Shown: positions 1-14,243 of the stretch, piece after piece | How positions within the stretch are numbered: position 1 is the first letter of the stretch | Layout: each line of letters begins with the position of its first letter | Source of the DNA: Camelus dromedarius | Taxonomy: Eukaryota | Assembly (NCBI RefSeq): GCF_036321535.1 | Contig: NC_087436.1 | Span: forward strand, 6,572,001-6,636,000 | Reading direction: 5' to 3' | Length of the DNA: 64,000 nt | The notes under the pieces: model-generated | Database searches by the model: none | What the model was told of the DNA's origin: nothing | The model's input: only the letters and a program-made list of their open reading frames with translations | Made by a program: the position numbers and the translations under genes

Positions 1-137
1 TGTACTTTAGTCATTCTTACGAAGAACAGAAAACACATTGTGGTCTTTGTATCTTCTTTGTAATAACTGCTAAGAGAATGTTTATTTGTTTTGAAAATGT
101 TCATATTCATGAATAGTAAACTTTGTGTCCTTCATAG

Positions 138-356
138 GTATTAATTTGGCAGCGTTTATCATCATAGTTTTTTCCTATGGAAGCATGTTTTACAGCGTTC
201 ATCAAAGCGCCCTAACAGCCACTGAAGTTCGGAATCAAGTTAGAAAAGAGATGATCTTAGCCAAACGGTTTTTCTTTATTGTATTTACTGATGCCTTATG
301 TTGGATGCCCATCTTTGTACTGAAATTTCTTTCATTGCTTCAGGTAGAAATACCAG
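138..356 (+). CDS. RXFP1: RXFP1 penultimate coding exon (219 nt, TM5-TM6)
   Basis: Acceptor ttcatag|GT at 137/138 and donor CCAG|gtacaa at 356/357; phase fits the next exon. Confidence 0.93.
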
Positions 357-3300
357 GTACAATTTTTTTTCTTTCTGTAAAGAAAAAATAAATCTCTTTC
401 TACAGAGTTTCTCTAAGAAAGACACTTATGATCCCTAACACTAACTCATCTCAAGAAGTATAAGTCAGAGTTATATATACTTAAAGCTCTGTTCATCAAT
501 AAAATGTTTATTGGCAGGAAGCTGTCCAGTTCTTTTTTTTCCCTAAGCCATTCCATTTTATTTTTAGATTAATATGAGTTACTTGTAAATTAAATTTTTG
601 TCTTAAATGATATACTTTTCTTTTTAAATTTTTAATGTATTGAAGTATAGTTGACTTACAATACTACATTAGTTTCAAGTGTACAACATAGTGACTCAAT
701 ATTTTTATAGATTACCAACATACAAAGTTAATATAAAATACTACCTATATTATCTGTGCTATACATTGTAACTCTGTGACTTATTTATTGTATAACTGGT
801 AGCTTGGAACTCTTAATATCCTTCACCTATTTTACCTCCCCCTCCCCTGTCTGGTAACTACTAGTTTGTTTTCTATATCTGTGAGTCTGTTTCTGTTTTG
901 TTACATTTGTTTTGTTCTTTAGATATATATGAAAATATACTGTATTTGTCTTTCTCTGACTTATTTCACTAGGCATAATACCCTCCAGGTCCATCCATGT
1001 TGCTGCAAATAAGATTTTTTTCTTTTTTATGGCTGAGTAGTATATACATCACATCTCCCTTATCCATTCATCTGCTGATGGACATCTAGGTTGTTTCCAC
1101 ATCTTGGCAATTGTAAATAATGCAATGAACATTGGGATGCATGTATCTTTTCCAATTAGTGTTTTCATTTTCTTCAGATAAATACCCAGGAGTGGAACTG
1201 CTAGATCATATGGTAATTCTATTTTTAATTTTTTGAGGACCCTTCATACTGTTTTCCATAGTGGCTGCACCAATTTACATTCCCACCAACAGTGTACAAG
1301 AGTTCTCTTTTCTCCACATCCTCATCAGTACTTGTAATTTCTTGTCTTTTTGATGATACCCATTCTTACAGGTGTGAGGGATGTCTCATTGTGCTTTTGA
1401 TTTGCATTTCCCTGATGATTAGCGATGTTGCGCATCTTTTCATGTGTCTGCTGGCCATCTGTATGTCTTCTTTGGGAAAATGCCTATTCAGGTGGTCTCG
1501 TTTTTTAAACAGATTTTTGTTTTTTTGATGTTAAGTTGTATGAGGTCTTTATATATTTTGGATAATAACCCTTTATCGGTCACATCACTTGCAAATATCT
1601 TCTCCCATTCGGTAGGTTGCTTTTCATTTTATTGATGGTTCCCTTTGCTGGGCAAAAGGTTTTTTAATTTAGGTAAGTCCCATTTGTTTAGTTTTGCTTT
1701 TGTTTCCCTTGACTGAGGAGACATCCAAAAATTCTGCTAACACTGACGGCAAAAAGCATACATCTTATTTTCTTCCAGGCCTTTTATGATTTCAGGTCTT
1801 ATATTTAAATCTTAAACCCATTTTGAGTTTATTTTTGTGTATGGCATGAGAAACTGTTTTCATTTCATTCTTTTACATGTAACTGTCCAGCTTTCCCAAC
1901 ATCATTTATTGAAGAGACTCTCTTTTCCATATCCTATAGTCTTGCCTCCTTTGTTATAGACTAATTGAACATAAGTGCATGGGTTCCATTGAGCTCTCTG
2001 TCTGCTTTTGTGCCAGTACTATACTGTTCTGATTACCATAGCTTTGTAGTATAGCGTGAAGTCAGGGAGTGTGATACTTCTAGCATTGTTCTTCTTTCTC
2101 CAGATTGCTTTAGCTATTCCAGGTTTTTTTTGTAGTCCTATACAAAGTTTAGAATTATTTGTTCTAGCTCCCTGAAAAATGCCATGGATATTTTGATAGG
2201 GATTGCATTGACTCTGTAGATTGCTTTGGGCAGTATGGACATTTTAACAATATTAATTCTTCCAATCCAAGAACACAGTGTATCTTTCCACTTATTTGAT
2301 GTCTTCATTTTCTTTCATCAATGCCTTATAGTTTTCAGAGTACATTTCTTTCAGCTCCTTGGTAACATTTATTGCTAGGTATTTTATTCTTCTTGATTTG
2401 ATTGTAAGGGGGATTATTTTCTTAATTTCACTTTCTGATAGCTCATTATTGGTGTGGAGAAATGTAACCAGTTACTATATGTTAATTTTGTATCCTGCAA
2501 CTTTACTGAATTCATTGATGAGCTCTAGTAGTTTTCTGGTGGCATCTGTGGGATTTTCTATGTATAGTATCATGTCACCTGTAAACAGTGACAGTTTTAT
2601 TTCTCCCTTTCCAGTTGGGTTCCTTTTATTTCTTTTTCTTCTCTGATTGCTGTGGCTAGCACTTCCAAAACTATGTAGACTAAAAGTGGCAAGAGTGGGC
2701 ATCCTTGTCTTGTTCCTGGTCTTAGAGGAAGTGCTTTCAGCTCTTCACCACTGAGAATACAGTTAGTCATGGGTTTGTCATATATGGCCTTTTTTATGTT
2801 GCAGTATGTTCCCTCTATGCCCACATTCTGGAGAGTTTTTATCACAAATGGATGTTGAACTTTGTCAAATACTTTCTATGCATCTATTGAGATGATCATA
2901 TGGTTTTCACTCTTCAATTTGTTAATGTGGTGTATAAGACTGATTGATTTGCAGATACTGAATCATCCTTGTGACTGTGGGATGAATCCAACTTGATCAT
3001 GGTGTATGATCTTTTTAATGTGTTGTTGGATTCATTTTGCTAATATTTTGTTGAGGATTTTTGCATCTATATTCATCAGTGATACTGGCTTGTAATTTTC
3101 TTTTTTTTTTATGATATCTTTGTCTGGTTTTGGTATCAGGTATCTAGCCTCATAGAATGACTTTAGAAGTGTTCTTTCCTCTGCAGTTTTGTGGAATAGT
3201 TTCAGAAGCATAGGTGTTAACTGTTCCTTGAATGTTTGCTAGAATTCACCTATAAAACCAGCTTGTCCTGTACTTTTGTTTCTTTGGAGTTTTTAAATTA

Positions 3301-6300
3301 CTGGTTCAATCTCATTACTGGGAATTGGCCTGTTCATATTTCCTATTTCTTCCTGGCTCAATCTTGGAAGATTGTACCTTTCTAAGATTTTGTCCATTTC
3401 TTCTAAGTTGGCATATAGTTGTTCATAATATTCTCTTAAGATCCTTTCTGTTTCTGTGGTGTCGGTTATATCATCTCCCTTTTCATTTCTGATTTTACTG
3501 ATTTGGGCCCTCTCCCTTTTTTTCTTGATGAGTCTGGTTAAAAATTTATCAGTTTTGTTTATCTTTTCAAAGAAACAGCTTTTAGTTTCATTGATCTTTT
3601 CTATTTTTTTTTTTTTTTAGTCTCTGTTTCATTTATTTCTGCTCTAATCCTTAGGATTTATTTCCTTCTACTAACCTGGGGTTTTATTTATTCCTCTTTC
3701 TCTAGTTGCTTTACATGTAAGGTTAGGTTGTTTATTTGAGATTTTGCTTGTTTCCTGAGGTAAGCTTGTATTTTTATGAACTTCTCTCTTAGAACTGTTT
3801 TTGCTGCATCCCATAGGTTTTGGATCATCGTGTTCTCATTTTCATTTGTCTCAAAGTATTTTTTTATTTCCTCTTTGACTTCTTAAGTGATCCATTGGGT
3901 TTTTATAGCATATTGTTTGGCCTCCCGTGTTTGTGGTTTCAGCATTTTTTTTCTTGCAGTTGATTTCTAGTCTCTTAGCATTGTAGTCAGAAAAGATGCT
4001 TGATATAATTTCAATATTCTTAAATTTGTCTAGGCTTGTTTTGTGACCTGGAAAATGTTCTGTGTGCTCTTGAAAAGAATGTGTATTCTGCTGCTTCCAG
4101 ATAGAATGCTCTCTATGTATCAATTAAGTCCATCTGGTCTAATGTATCATTTAAGGCCAGTATTTCCTTATTGATTTTTCATCTGGATAATCTGTCCATT
4201 GATGTAAGTGGGGTTTTAAAGTTCCCTAATATAATTGTGTTACTGTCAATTTCTCCTTCCACGTCTGTTAATATTTGCCTTATTCATTTAGGTGCTCCTC
4301 TGCTGGATGCATATATAGTTACAATTGTTATATCTTCTTGGGTTGATCCTTTGATCATTATGTAGTGTCCTCATCTGTTATAACAATATTTTAGTGTATT
4401 TTATTTGCTATACGTATTGTGGCTCCAGCTTCCTTTTGATCTCCATTTGCATGGAATACCTTTTTCCTTATATATTCCTAATGCACTCTTGTAAGATTGT
4501 ATGTTTTAGGAATTTATCCATTTCTTGTAGATTGTCCAATTTATTGGAATATAACTGTTAGTAGTATTCTCTTATGATTGTATTTCTATGATATCAGTTG
4601 TTAACTTTGACTTTTTCCATTTCTAATTTTATTTATTTGAGTTCTGTCTTTTTTTCTTAATGAGTCTGGGTAAAAATTTATCCATCTTTCATCTTCTCAA
4701 AAAAAAACAGCTTTTAGTGTCATTGACTTTTTTTTTTTTTTTTAGTCTCTATTTCATTTATTTTTGCTCTGCTCTTTATTATTTCCTTCCTTCTAGTAAC
4801 TTTGTGTTTTGTTTGTTCTTTCTCTAGTTCCTTAAGGTGTAAGGTTAGGTTGTCTATTTGAGATTTTTTTGTTTGTTTCTTGAAATAGCTTTGAATCAGT
4901 ATAAACTTCCCTTTTAGAACTGCTTTTGCTGTGTCCCATAGATTCTGGAGTTTTGTCTTTCTATTTTCATTCATTTTAAGGTACTTTTATTTCCTCTTTG
5001 ATTTCTTTGTTGACCCATTGGTTTTTTAGTAGCATGTTGTTTAGTCTCCACAAGTTTGTGTTTCCCAGGTTTCTTCCTGTAATTGATTTCTACTTTCATA
5101 GTATTGTGGTTAGAAAGATGCTTGATATTATTTCAATCTTCTTAAATTTTTGGAGACTTGTTTTGTGGCCTAGCATGTGGTATCTCCTGGAGAATGTTGT
5201 ATGTGCACTTAAGAAGACTGCATAATCTGTTGTTTTTTAACGAAATGTTCTGTAGACATTTATTAAGTCTATCTGGTATTACGTGTCACTTAAAGCCAGT
5301 TTTCTTGTTGATTTTCTATCTGGATGATCTAGCAATTGATGTGAATTAAAGTATTAATTAAAGGTATTAAAGTCCTTGCTATCATTGTATTACTGTCAGT
5401 TTCTCCCTTTATGTCTAGTAACAGCTACTTTACATATTTAGGTGCTCCTATGGTAAGTGCATATATGTTTACAAATGTTATAGCCTCTTCTTGGGTTTAC
5501 CCCCTTTATCATTATATAATGCCCTTTTCTGGTTTTTGTTATAGACTGTAAAGTCTATTTTGTCTGATTTAAGTATTGCTAATCCAGTTTTCATTTCCAT
5601 TTGCATAGAATATGTTTTTCCATCCCTTCATTTTCAGTCCATATGTGTTTTTGCTCTGAAGTGAGTCTTTTGTAGACAGCACTTAGATGGTGCTTGTTTT
5701 TAATCCATTTAGCCACTCTATGTCTTTTTTGTGGTGCATACAGTCCACTTGTATTTAAAGTGATTGTTGATAAGTATGTACTTATTGCCACGTTGTTGCT
5801 TGTTTTCTGGTTGTTTTGTAACTCTTGCTTGTTCTTTTCTTCTTTTAGCATCCTCTCTTGTGGTTTAATGATTTCATTTAGTGTTATGTTTGGGTCTCTT
5901 TCTCTTTGTTTTTTGTGTATCTGTTGTTGATTTATGGTTTGCAGTTACCATTAAAGAGAGAAAGAGAGAGAGGCTGAGAGACTTGTAACCTGACGGTTTA
6001 ACTTAGAGCACATTCTAAAAGCTCTATGTTTTATCCCCCTCCTGAGTTTTGTTTTGATGTCATAGTTTACATCTTTATGTGTATCCCTTAACTATTTATT
6101 GTACTTATAGTTGCTTTCACAACTTTCATCTTCTGAACTTCATACTAGCTCTTTTAAGTAGCTGATCCACTGCCTTTAATATATATTTGCCTTTATCAGT
6201 GAGACTTTTTTCCTTCATCTAGTTTATTATTTATTATGGCCTTTTCTTTTCCACTTAAAAACCATTCTTACAAGGATGGTTTAGTGGTGATGAACTTTTT

Positions 6301-6657
6301 TAGTTTTTGCTTGTTGGGAAACTCTTTAGTGCTCCTTCAGTTCTGAATGATAACCTTACCAGACAGAGTATCCTTGGTTGCAAGTTTTTTCTTTCATCAC
6401 TTTAACTATATAATGCACCTTCTTTCTGACCTGCAAATTTCCACTGAAAAATGAGCTAGTAGCCTTCCTCATAAGGGTTCCTTTATATGTGACTCTTGGG
6501 TTTTTTTTCTTGCTGCCTTCAAAATTTTCTCTTTAACTCTTGCCACTTTAATTATGTCTTGTGTGGATCTTTTTGGGGTCATTTTGTGCTTCCTGGGTCA
6601 GGATATATGTTTTATCAGGTTAGGGGAATTTTCAGTCATTATTTAATCAAATGTGTT

Positions 6658-6691
<34 letters not shown>

Positions 6692-9502
6692 CCCTTTCCC
6701 TCACTTTTCTCATTCTGGGACCCCTATAATACAAATATTAGTATACTTGTTATTGTTTCAGAGGTCCTTTAAACTAGCCTCATTTTTTTAAATTACTTTT
6801 TCTTCCTGCTGTTCTGATTGGGTGATTTACACTATTCTGTCCTCCAGGTTGCTAAGCATTCTTCTGTATCATCTAATCTACTGTGATTCCCTCTTGTGTA
6901 CTTTTCACTTCAGCTTTTGTAATCTTCAGCTCTGAGTGGTTTTTTATCTTTTCTAATTCTTTGTTAAAGTTATGTGTTCCTCTATTCTTTTCCCGAGTTG
7001 TGTGAGCATTTTTATGACCATTGCTTTGAACTGTTTGTCAGGAAAATCACTTATCTCCATTTTTGTAAAGTTGGGGGCGGGAGGGTTTATCTTGGTCTTT
7101 AATTTGGAATATATTCCTCTGTCTCCTCATTTTGTCTCACTTTGTGAAATCAGTTGTAACAGTTACTTCTGGTTTTGACATGTGTCCTCGTGCGGGAGCA
7201 CCCTATGTGGTCTGCGTGTGCCCAGTGGCTCTGGTGGGAGTGCTGGGTCTGAAACAAACATAGGGCAGAGCTTTTTCTGGAACATGCCCAGGCCATTGCC
7301 TTGGTGTAGGGTTGGGGGCTGGAGATGAAAGGGCTAGAGTCAGAGTCCCATGTGAGCCAGGGGACTTCTCCCGGGGTACACTGGCAGCTGCTACCTTGGG
7401 GATGGGGGACTGGAGCCAGAGGGGCCAGAGCCAGAGCACGGGGTGGGGGTGTGGTGGGGACAGATTCTCCCAGCACATGCCAGTGGCTGCTGCCTTGTTC
7501 AAGTCTTTCCACAGATGCCAAAAACACAATCACTCTGGGAGCAAAGGAACAACGACTCACATAAATTATGCTCAGTGTGTTGAAATTCTGATAATCCCAT
7601 GCTTGAGATGACCAGAAAAGAAAACAAGTCAAAGTGATTATCAAATAATTACTTCACTTTTTTCAGAACATAGGAAAATTTTCTTCCTAGAATACAGAGC
7701 AATTTAGAGAACATTACCCCAGAGTGAGAGATGATAAAAGCACTCTTGATATTTAAAAACAGTGTGTATCACACTCACTAGGATGGCTGTTATCAAAAAC
7801 AAAGAAAAAAACAACTATTGGTGAGGATGTGGAGAAATTGGAACTCATACTGGTGGGAATGTAAAATAGCACAACTGCAGTAGAAAACAGTATGGTGGGT
7901 CCTCCACCATAGAAAATTAAATGTAGAATAACAATATGACCCAGCCATTCTACTTCTTAGTATATACCTAAAAGAACTGAAAGCAGAGAATTAAACATAT
8001 TCATGTATGCATGTTCCTAACAGCCAAAATATGGAAACAACCCAAGTGTCCATCAATGGACAAAGTTAAACCAAATGTGTTACATATACACAAGGAATTA
8101 TAATTCAGCCTTTAAAGGGATGAAATTCTGACACATGCTACAACATGGATAGAATTTGAAGACACAATGCTACTGAAATAAGCCAGTCACAAACAAATGT
8201 TGTATGAGTCCATTTATATGAGGTAACTAGTGTAGTCAAATTCACAGAGACAAAAAGTTTGTAAATGGTGCTGTCAGGGGTTGAGGGGAAGAGGGTGTGG
8301 GAAGTTACTGTTTAAAGGTACAGAGTTTCAGTTTTCAGTTTGGGAAAATGAAAAAGTTCAGGAGATGGATGGTGGTGTACAACAATGTAATGAAATGCCA
8401 TTGAACTATACACTTAAATAGGGTTAAAATGGAAAATTTTATGTTATTTATATTTTACCACGATAAAAAAATGTGTAAAATCCTCTTTACTGTATGTATA
8501 ATGCGATATATAATCACATTTTAAAAATTTATAAACATACAATTTTAATTTTGCTTTATCCCGTGGTTGTTGGTGGTAGTGCCTTACATTTTATAAGTAA
8601 TAAAGAAGGAAGATAGCATACACTGAATTACAATAAAAATCTGAGCATTTGGTAGTTGCATATATACTACAGTGATTTTAAGATAAAGTTAGCCAAAGAT
8701 GTTTTTACTGAAATAAATATCTGGTCAAAAGCCTAAAAATGCATACTTGTTTAAAAACCAAACAGTAGGGGAAAAAAAATCTATTAGAGATTCATCTATA
8801 TATTTTTGAGAAATACTACATGTACTATCTAGTAATTAAAACATTTGAAAAAGTATGATTTAAATGCTAAACATTGTTTTTCCTAAACTGGAATCATATC
8901 AGACTAATATGTAATCACTTGGCAGAAAATATCTCTATCTAATGGAATACTTTTGTTGGTGTATTCAAGAAAAGCTACTTAGCAAAAACCTGTGTTTTTG
9001 CAGTGTCAGCACCTCCCTCAAAACACTGGCACCCTGGAAAAATATATTCTGGAAACACATATAGACTTGGTATTTAATTATGGGACATCAAGGGGGAAAA
9101 TTAAGACTCAAAAGACAGCTGAGGGAGAAACAGGGAAAAGGTGTTTCTATACCTTGTAAACATCCATAAACATTTAAGGTGTTTCATTTTTCTCCTCCAG
9201 GTACCATAACCTCTTGGGTGGTGATTTTTATTCTGCCTATCAACAGTGCTTTGAACCCAATTCTCTATACTCTGACCACAAGACCATTCAAAGAAATGAT
9301 CCATCAGTTTTGGTACAACTATAGACAAAGAAGATCTCTTGACAGCAAAGGAAGTCAGAAAACATATACTCCATCGTTCATCTGGGTAGAGATGTGGCCC
9401 CTGCAGGAGGTGCCCTCTGAGTTAATGAAGCCAGCTCTCTTCACAGACCCCTGTGAATTGTCACTAATCTCTCAATCAACTAGACTCAATTCTTATTCAT
9501 AA
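138..9502 (+). CDS. RXFP1: RXFP1 relaxin receptor 1 (LGR7), 3' part only: join(138..356,9201..9502); upstream exons lie outside the window
   Basis: Spliced translation [25 protein letters not shown]...[18 protein letters not shown]...[31 protein letters not shown]...STRLNSYS* matches TM5-TM7 and the C-tail of RXFP1 (NPILY motif). Confidence 0.95.
620..4465 (-). mobile_element. LINE-1, 5'-truncated and decayed (3'UTR plus most of ORF2), in the last RXFP1 intron
   Basis: Minus-strand ORF fragments such as [50 protein letters not shown] and [20 protein letters not shown] are L1 ORF2 RT/EN motifs; an L1 3' end lies at ~620-1000. Confidence 0.9.
4485..7500 (-). mobile_element. Second LINE-1 segment (ORF2 endonuclease region, ORF1, G-rich 5' region)
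   Basis: [16 protein letters not shown] and [25 protein letters not shown] are the L1 ORF2 N-terminus; ORF1-like sequence at ~6250-7030. The 5' boundary is approximate. Confidence 0.8.
7765..8470 (+). mobile_element. Old LINE-1 (L1M-type) 3' end fragment
   Basis: Typical L1 3' sequence (ggtgaggatgtggagaaattggaac...tggaaacaacccaagtgtccatcaatgga...). Confidence 0.8.
9201..9502 (+). CDS. RXFP1: RXFP1 last coding exon (TM7, C-terminal tail)
   Basis: Acceptor tttttctcctccag|[25 protein letters not shown]...NSYS; TAA at 9500-9502. Confidence 0.95.
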
Positions 9503-9768
9503 CTGACTCCGAAACCCATTTCTACAGAGAACACTGTGGGATACTTCATGATGGATTTATTAGTATAAAATAAATGACACAAAATAATTTATAATAATGG
9601 CTAAAGTAAATTAGCTTACAAGGACATGAGGTTATTTGGGAAAAATCAAAATGACTGATGCCCATAAAAAGGTAAATAAATTATATTGATAATGTGTATA
9701 TTCTAGTACATATTTTGTACAGGAAATTAAGAGAATTCTACTTCAGGAAGGTTCGTTCATTCTTTTAC

Positions 9769-9821
9769 CATTCGTTTACTGAGTACTCACTATGCACACA
9801 TTCGTTTACTGAGTATTCACT
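9769..9821. repeat. Tandem duplication, 30-bp period, in the RXFP1 3'UTR
   Basis: cattcgtttactgagta(c/t)tcact occurs at 9769 and 9799. Confidence 0.85.
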
Positions 9822-10269
9822 GCGGTAAATTCCTAGGAGGAGACACTACAGAATTTTTTAAATCTCCAATGTTAAATTGTATTTAACTATAAGAATATAC
9901 AAAGTCCACTGGCAGCTCCTAGTTTAAGGTAGAGCTTTATCTGTCTTGCTTATCAGCAAACATAAGAATCATGGACACTTTTAAATAGAAATTTAAGGTT
10001 TCAGAATAATCAAATACTAGCATCAGAGAAAATGCCTGATTGTTCGCAAAATATAGATGTTTTGTTTTAAGAAGCCATCTTACCTCTCTTCAAGTCTCCA
10101 TACACTTAAGAGCGAATACTGATATTCGTTACTATGAGAAAAGATGCTTTGATAGTAACTCAAAACAGCACCTCTCTGTCACTTCCTGCCCAGTTGTCTT
10201 TTTGCTTTAAATGAGCACCATTATATGGGAATGTAAAAAGAGAATAAAAGTATTGCAAATGAATGAATC

Positions 10270-11600
10270 AGAAAAGCTAAAAGGATAGACATTTAGATCA
10301 GTAGAACAGAATTGATAGTTCAGAAATAAAATCCTCATATTTACAGTCAACTGATTTTCAACTAAGATGCCAAGACAATCAAATGGGAAAAGAGTAGTCT
10401 TTTCAACAAATGATGCTGGGACAACTGGATATTCACATGCAAATAATGAATCTGGACCCCCTACCTTATACCATATACAAAAATTAACTCAAAATGAATC
10501 AACAACTTAACCATGAGATAAATCTCTTAGAAGAAAATACATGGGAAATCTTCAAAATCTTGGATTTAGCAATGGATTCTTAGAAATGACAACACAAGTA
10601 TGAGCAACAGAAGGAAAAAATGAATTAACTGGACTTCATCTAAATTTAAAACTTTTGTGTATCAAAGACCAGTATCCAAAAAAGTGAAGACAACCTTCAG
10701 AGTGGAAGAAAATACTTGCAAATCATATATCTGAGAAGGGTTTAATATCCAGAATACGTAAAGAACTCCTACAACTCAACAAAAAAAAGACAAGCAACCA
10801 AATTTTAACAATGGGTAAAGGCCTTGAGTAGACATTTCTCCGAAAGAGATATACAGATGGCCAATGTGCATGCTCAATATTACTGATTATTAGGAAAATG
10901 CAAATTAAAGCCACAATGAGGTAACACTTCACACCTACTATGAGGGCTATCTATCATTTTTTAAAAAATAGAAAATAACAAGTATTGGCAAGGATATGAG
11001 ACTGAAACCTTTCTACATTGGTAGGAATGTAAAATGATGCAGTCACTGTTGGAAACAGTTTGGTGGTTCCTCTAATCATAGAATTTCCAAATGATACAGC
11101 AATTTCGCTCCTGGGTATATACCTCAAAGAAAACAAGATTCAAACAGATACCGTTATGCAAATACTCACTATAGCATTATTCACAGTAGCCAAAAGGTGG
11201 AAACAACCCAAGAGCCCATCAGCTGATGAACAGATAACAAAACGCGGTATATACATATGATGGAATATTATTCAGCCATTAAAAGGGATGAAGTTCTGAC
11301 ACATGGTAGAACATGATGAATGTGAAATAAGCCAGGCATAAAAGTTCAAATAGCTGTATGATTCCATTTACATGAGCAAATTCATAGAGACAGAAAGTAG
11401 ATTAGAGGTTCCTGGGGTGGGAGAGTTGGGAAGGTGATGCCTAAGGAGTACAAACTATCTTCCCGGGCAAAAACAAGTTCTAAAATTGATTGTAGTGGTA
11501 GACAGACAACCCTGCAATTATACTACAGCCACTGAACTGTACATTTTAGATAGTGAATTTTACATTATGTGGATTAATATGTTAATAAAGCAGTTAAGGA
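10270..11600 (+). mobile_element. Old LINE-1 fragment (ORF2 3' part and 3'UTR)
   Basis: Contains gtcttttcaacaaatgatgctgggacaactggata and aaaattaactcaaaatgaatc plus L1 3'UTR motifs; no intact ORF. Confidence 0.85.
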
Positions 11601-12084
11601 AAAAGACAGAAAACCTAGGACGCATTGATAAAGGAACTGAACTTCGGGGAAAAAAGGTCTGCTTGTTTTACTCTACTCTATGATCCATTTTGACTCTACT
11701 GAGAAACTAGATGTCATCAAGGAATGAATTTGCCTTCTGTTGACGTGGTTGGTCAGTTCATCAGATATGAACTTTTTAGCTAGTTATTCTTTCACTCTCT
11801 GAACTACTGAAATTTTTTGGTTTCATAATTTGCAAATTTACACAGGAATCAAACATTTTCAGGTAGTTTTACATACACCAAAAAAAAAAAAAAGTCTGAA
11901 ACATGAAATACTGGAATAAAAAACACAAATTTATTGACTACATAATTGTATAGATTTCTTTTAAAATAAATTACCTGAAATTTAATCCCGTTAAAAATAT
12001 AGCTTGCTTGGAGTCCTTTCTGTTCTTACTTGACATGATACCAGTAAGTTTTCCACATGAAGAATGTGGTACTTTTAACAAAAC

Positions 12085-12448
12085 TATATATATTTATATA
12101 CATAAAGAGATTTATTGTAAGGAATTGGTTCACGTGATTATGGAGGCTGGTAAGTTCAAAATTGGGAGAGCCAGTGTTCCAGTTCAAGTCCAAAGGCCAG
12201 AAGCTACTGTAGAACCAGGAAAAGCCAATGTTCAAATTTAAAGTCATCAGACAGGAAGAGCCATTGTTCCAGGGCCTTCAACTGATTGAACTGAGGCCCA
12301 TCCACATTATGGAGGGCAATCCGTTTTACTCAGGCTACCAATATAATTGTTAATCTCATCCCAAAACACCCTCCCACAAACACCGAGAATGTCTGACCAA
12401 AATACATGAGTACTAGCCAAGTTGACATGTAAAATAAGCCGCCACGTA
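12085..12448 (-). mobile_element. MaLR solo LTR (MLT1-like)
   Basis: Contains gagatttattgtaaggaattggttcacgtgattatggaggctg and ends aagttgacatgtaaaataagccgccac, resembling the reverse complement of the MLT1 start. Confidence 0.7.
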
Positions 12449-12494
12449 TGGGGAGAGTAAATAAAATTGTAGCCTTGAATATTAACAAGTCTAA

Positions 12495-12690
12495 CCAAGA
12501 GCTAGGCAGTTAGGTGTGGTATAAACAAGCATACTAATTTTGACATCAAAGATTCTCAGGCAAATTATTTCATCTCCACCTGTTTTCTATTTTGTCAACA
12601 GGAATAACATCACTTTCCTCAAGGAGCTAAAATGGTTACATGAAATAATGTTGATACAGCTCCTAGCATAGTGTCTGATAGTGCATATTT
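12495..12690. mobile_element. MIR-like SINE remnant
   Basis: caggcaaattatttcatctc...tgaaataatg...cctagcatagtgtctg resembles the MIR core. Confidence 0.5.
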
Positions 12691-14237
12691 CATATCCAGA
12701 ATTTTTGAAACCAAATACACTATATTATTGCTAAAAATTCCAACTTATTGACTTCAGCCTCTTGAGGCTTTTAAAAATTTACATCATCAGAATGGTAAGC
12801 TGTCCACTGAGGTTTGTGTAGAACTGGTAATGAGCTACTAAGCTTAAAATTTTTTTCTTAAGTCTTTAAGAAAATGTTTATGCTTTGAGCTATTTTCTAA
12901 CCTCTCCCATGAAGCGGAGCAAAAAGAAATTTTAATAGGGATGATTTTTTTTTTAAAGCCATTCTTGGAAATAAGATGAACTTCTCCGTGGACCACACGT
13001 GGCAACAGAAACTATAAGCAGAGCTGAACTGCGGGACTGGGGACTTCAGATGCCAGCAGCTATGAGTCTTGGTAGAGGTATTAACTAAAAGTGTCCACAG
13101 AACAGGTTAACCTAAGCTGATGGCAATTAAATAAAATTAGAAATCAATGAACATGTTTTTTCTAACTTAAAAAAACATGCAGGGGAGGTGGGCAGTGAGA
13201 GGAAGCCACACACACAAAACCCAAGTAGTACAGATCACACTTATGACACAGCTAAAACAGGGGGGGTTATAGAGAATCTTAGCATGGGGTCAAGCAAATA
13301 AATCAGAAGAACAGAACAGGGAGCTCAGAACTAGGCATTTACATGGTACTTGAGTGACATGCAGCATTTGAAACAGGTACCTGGAGGAACAACTATACCA
13401 CAGTAAACACTGAAGAGCCAAACACTGAACTGTAAACAAAAATAAATTCAGGTGGATTAAAGACCTAAACATTAAAAACAAACTTTTTAAACCTTGGATA
13501 GGAGAGTATCTTTATGACATGTCCTCCGCACGACCCAAAAAAAACTATTACGAAAGACTGGTAAGATTACATTCAAACTAAAAACTTTTATTCAAGAAGA
13601 TTCTATAATCAAACACAAAGATAAACTGCAGACTACAGAAGATAATTGAAACATACGTAATATATCATTAGTTAGTACTCAAAATATGTAATACCTGTAA
13701 GTCCATAAGGAAAAGAAATGGTCTCAGAAATCACACGCTGCATTTCATCAGTATCCTGGTAGTTACACAAGTCAGCACCAGTCAAAGAGGGAGACTACCC
13801 TGAGGGCATGAATACCAAGCAGCAGGAGGCCACTGGGGCCAACTGGAGGCTGGTTACTACCGACACAAAACAGTACTTTTTCAATTGAAGTATAGTTGAT
13901 TGACAATATTACTTTCAGCACAGTATTTTGTAGTGTTCTGAAACATACATGTGTACTAAAAATGTAAAAACACAAACCAGAATATGCACCACCTCCAGAG
14001 AAGAAGGGGAAGTGGGCTCAAAGAGGTAACAAGCTTCAAATGTGTCTAACATTGACATCATACCGAGATCTGCAGAAAACGTAACCTAACGCTAACATTT
14101 ATTAACTCTGCATGCTGGGAGTACAGGGATGTTCTTCAAATCACCCATCTTTCCTGTTAGGTTTGAAATATTACAACACCAACTTTTTAAAATAACAAAT
14201 TCAAAGAAATGGAAATAACATCTGCTTTGAACAAGTG

Positions 14238-14243
14238 TTTATT
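14238..14243 (-). terminator. Candidate C4orf46 polyadenylation signal (AATAAA on the minus strand)
   Basis: tttatt on +, ~1.35 kb past the stop codon, followed on the minus strand by U-rich sequence. Confidence 0.45.

Noticed and set aside
620..7500. Possible intact, active full-length L1
   Set aside because: ORF2 is broken into many short fragments by stops and frameshifts, and the region is a composite of two elements.
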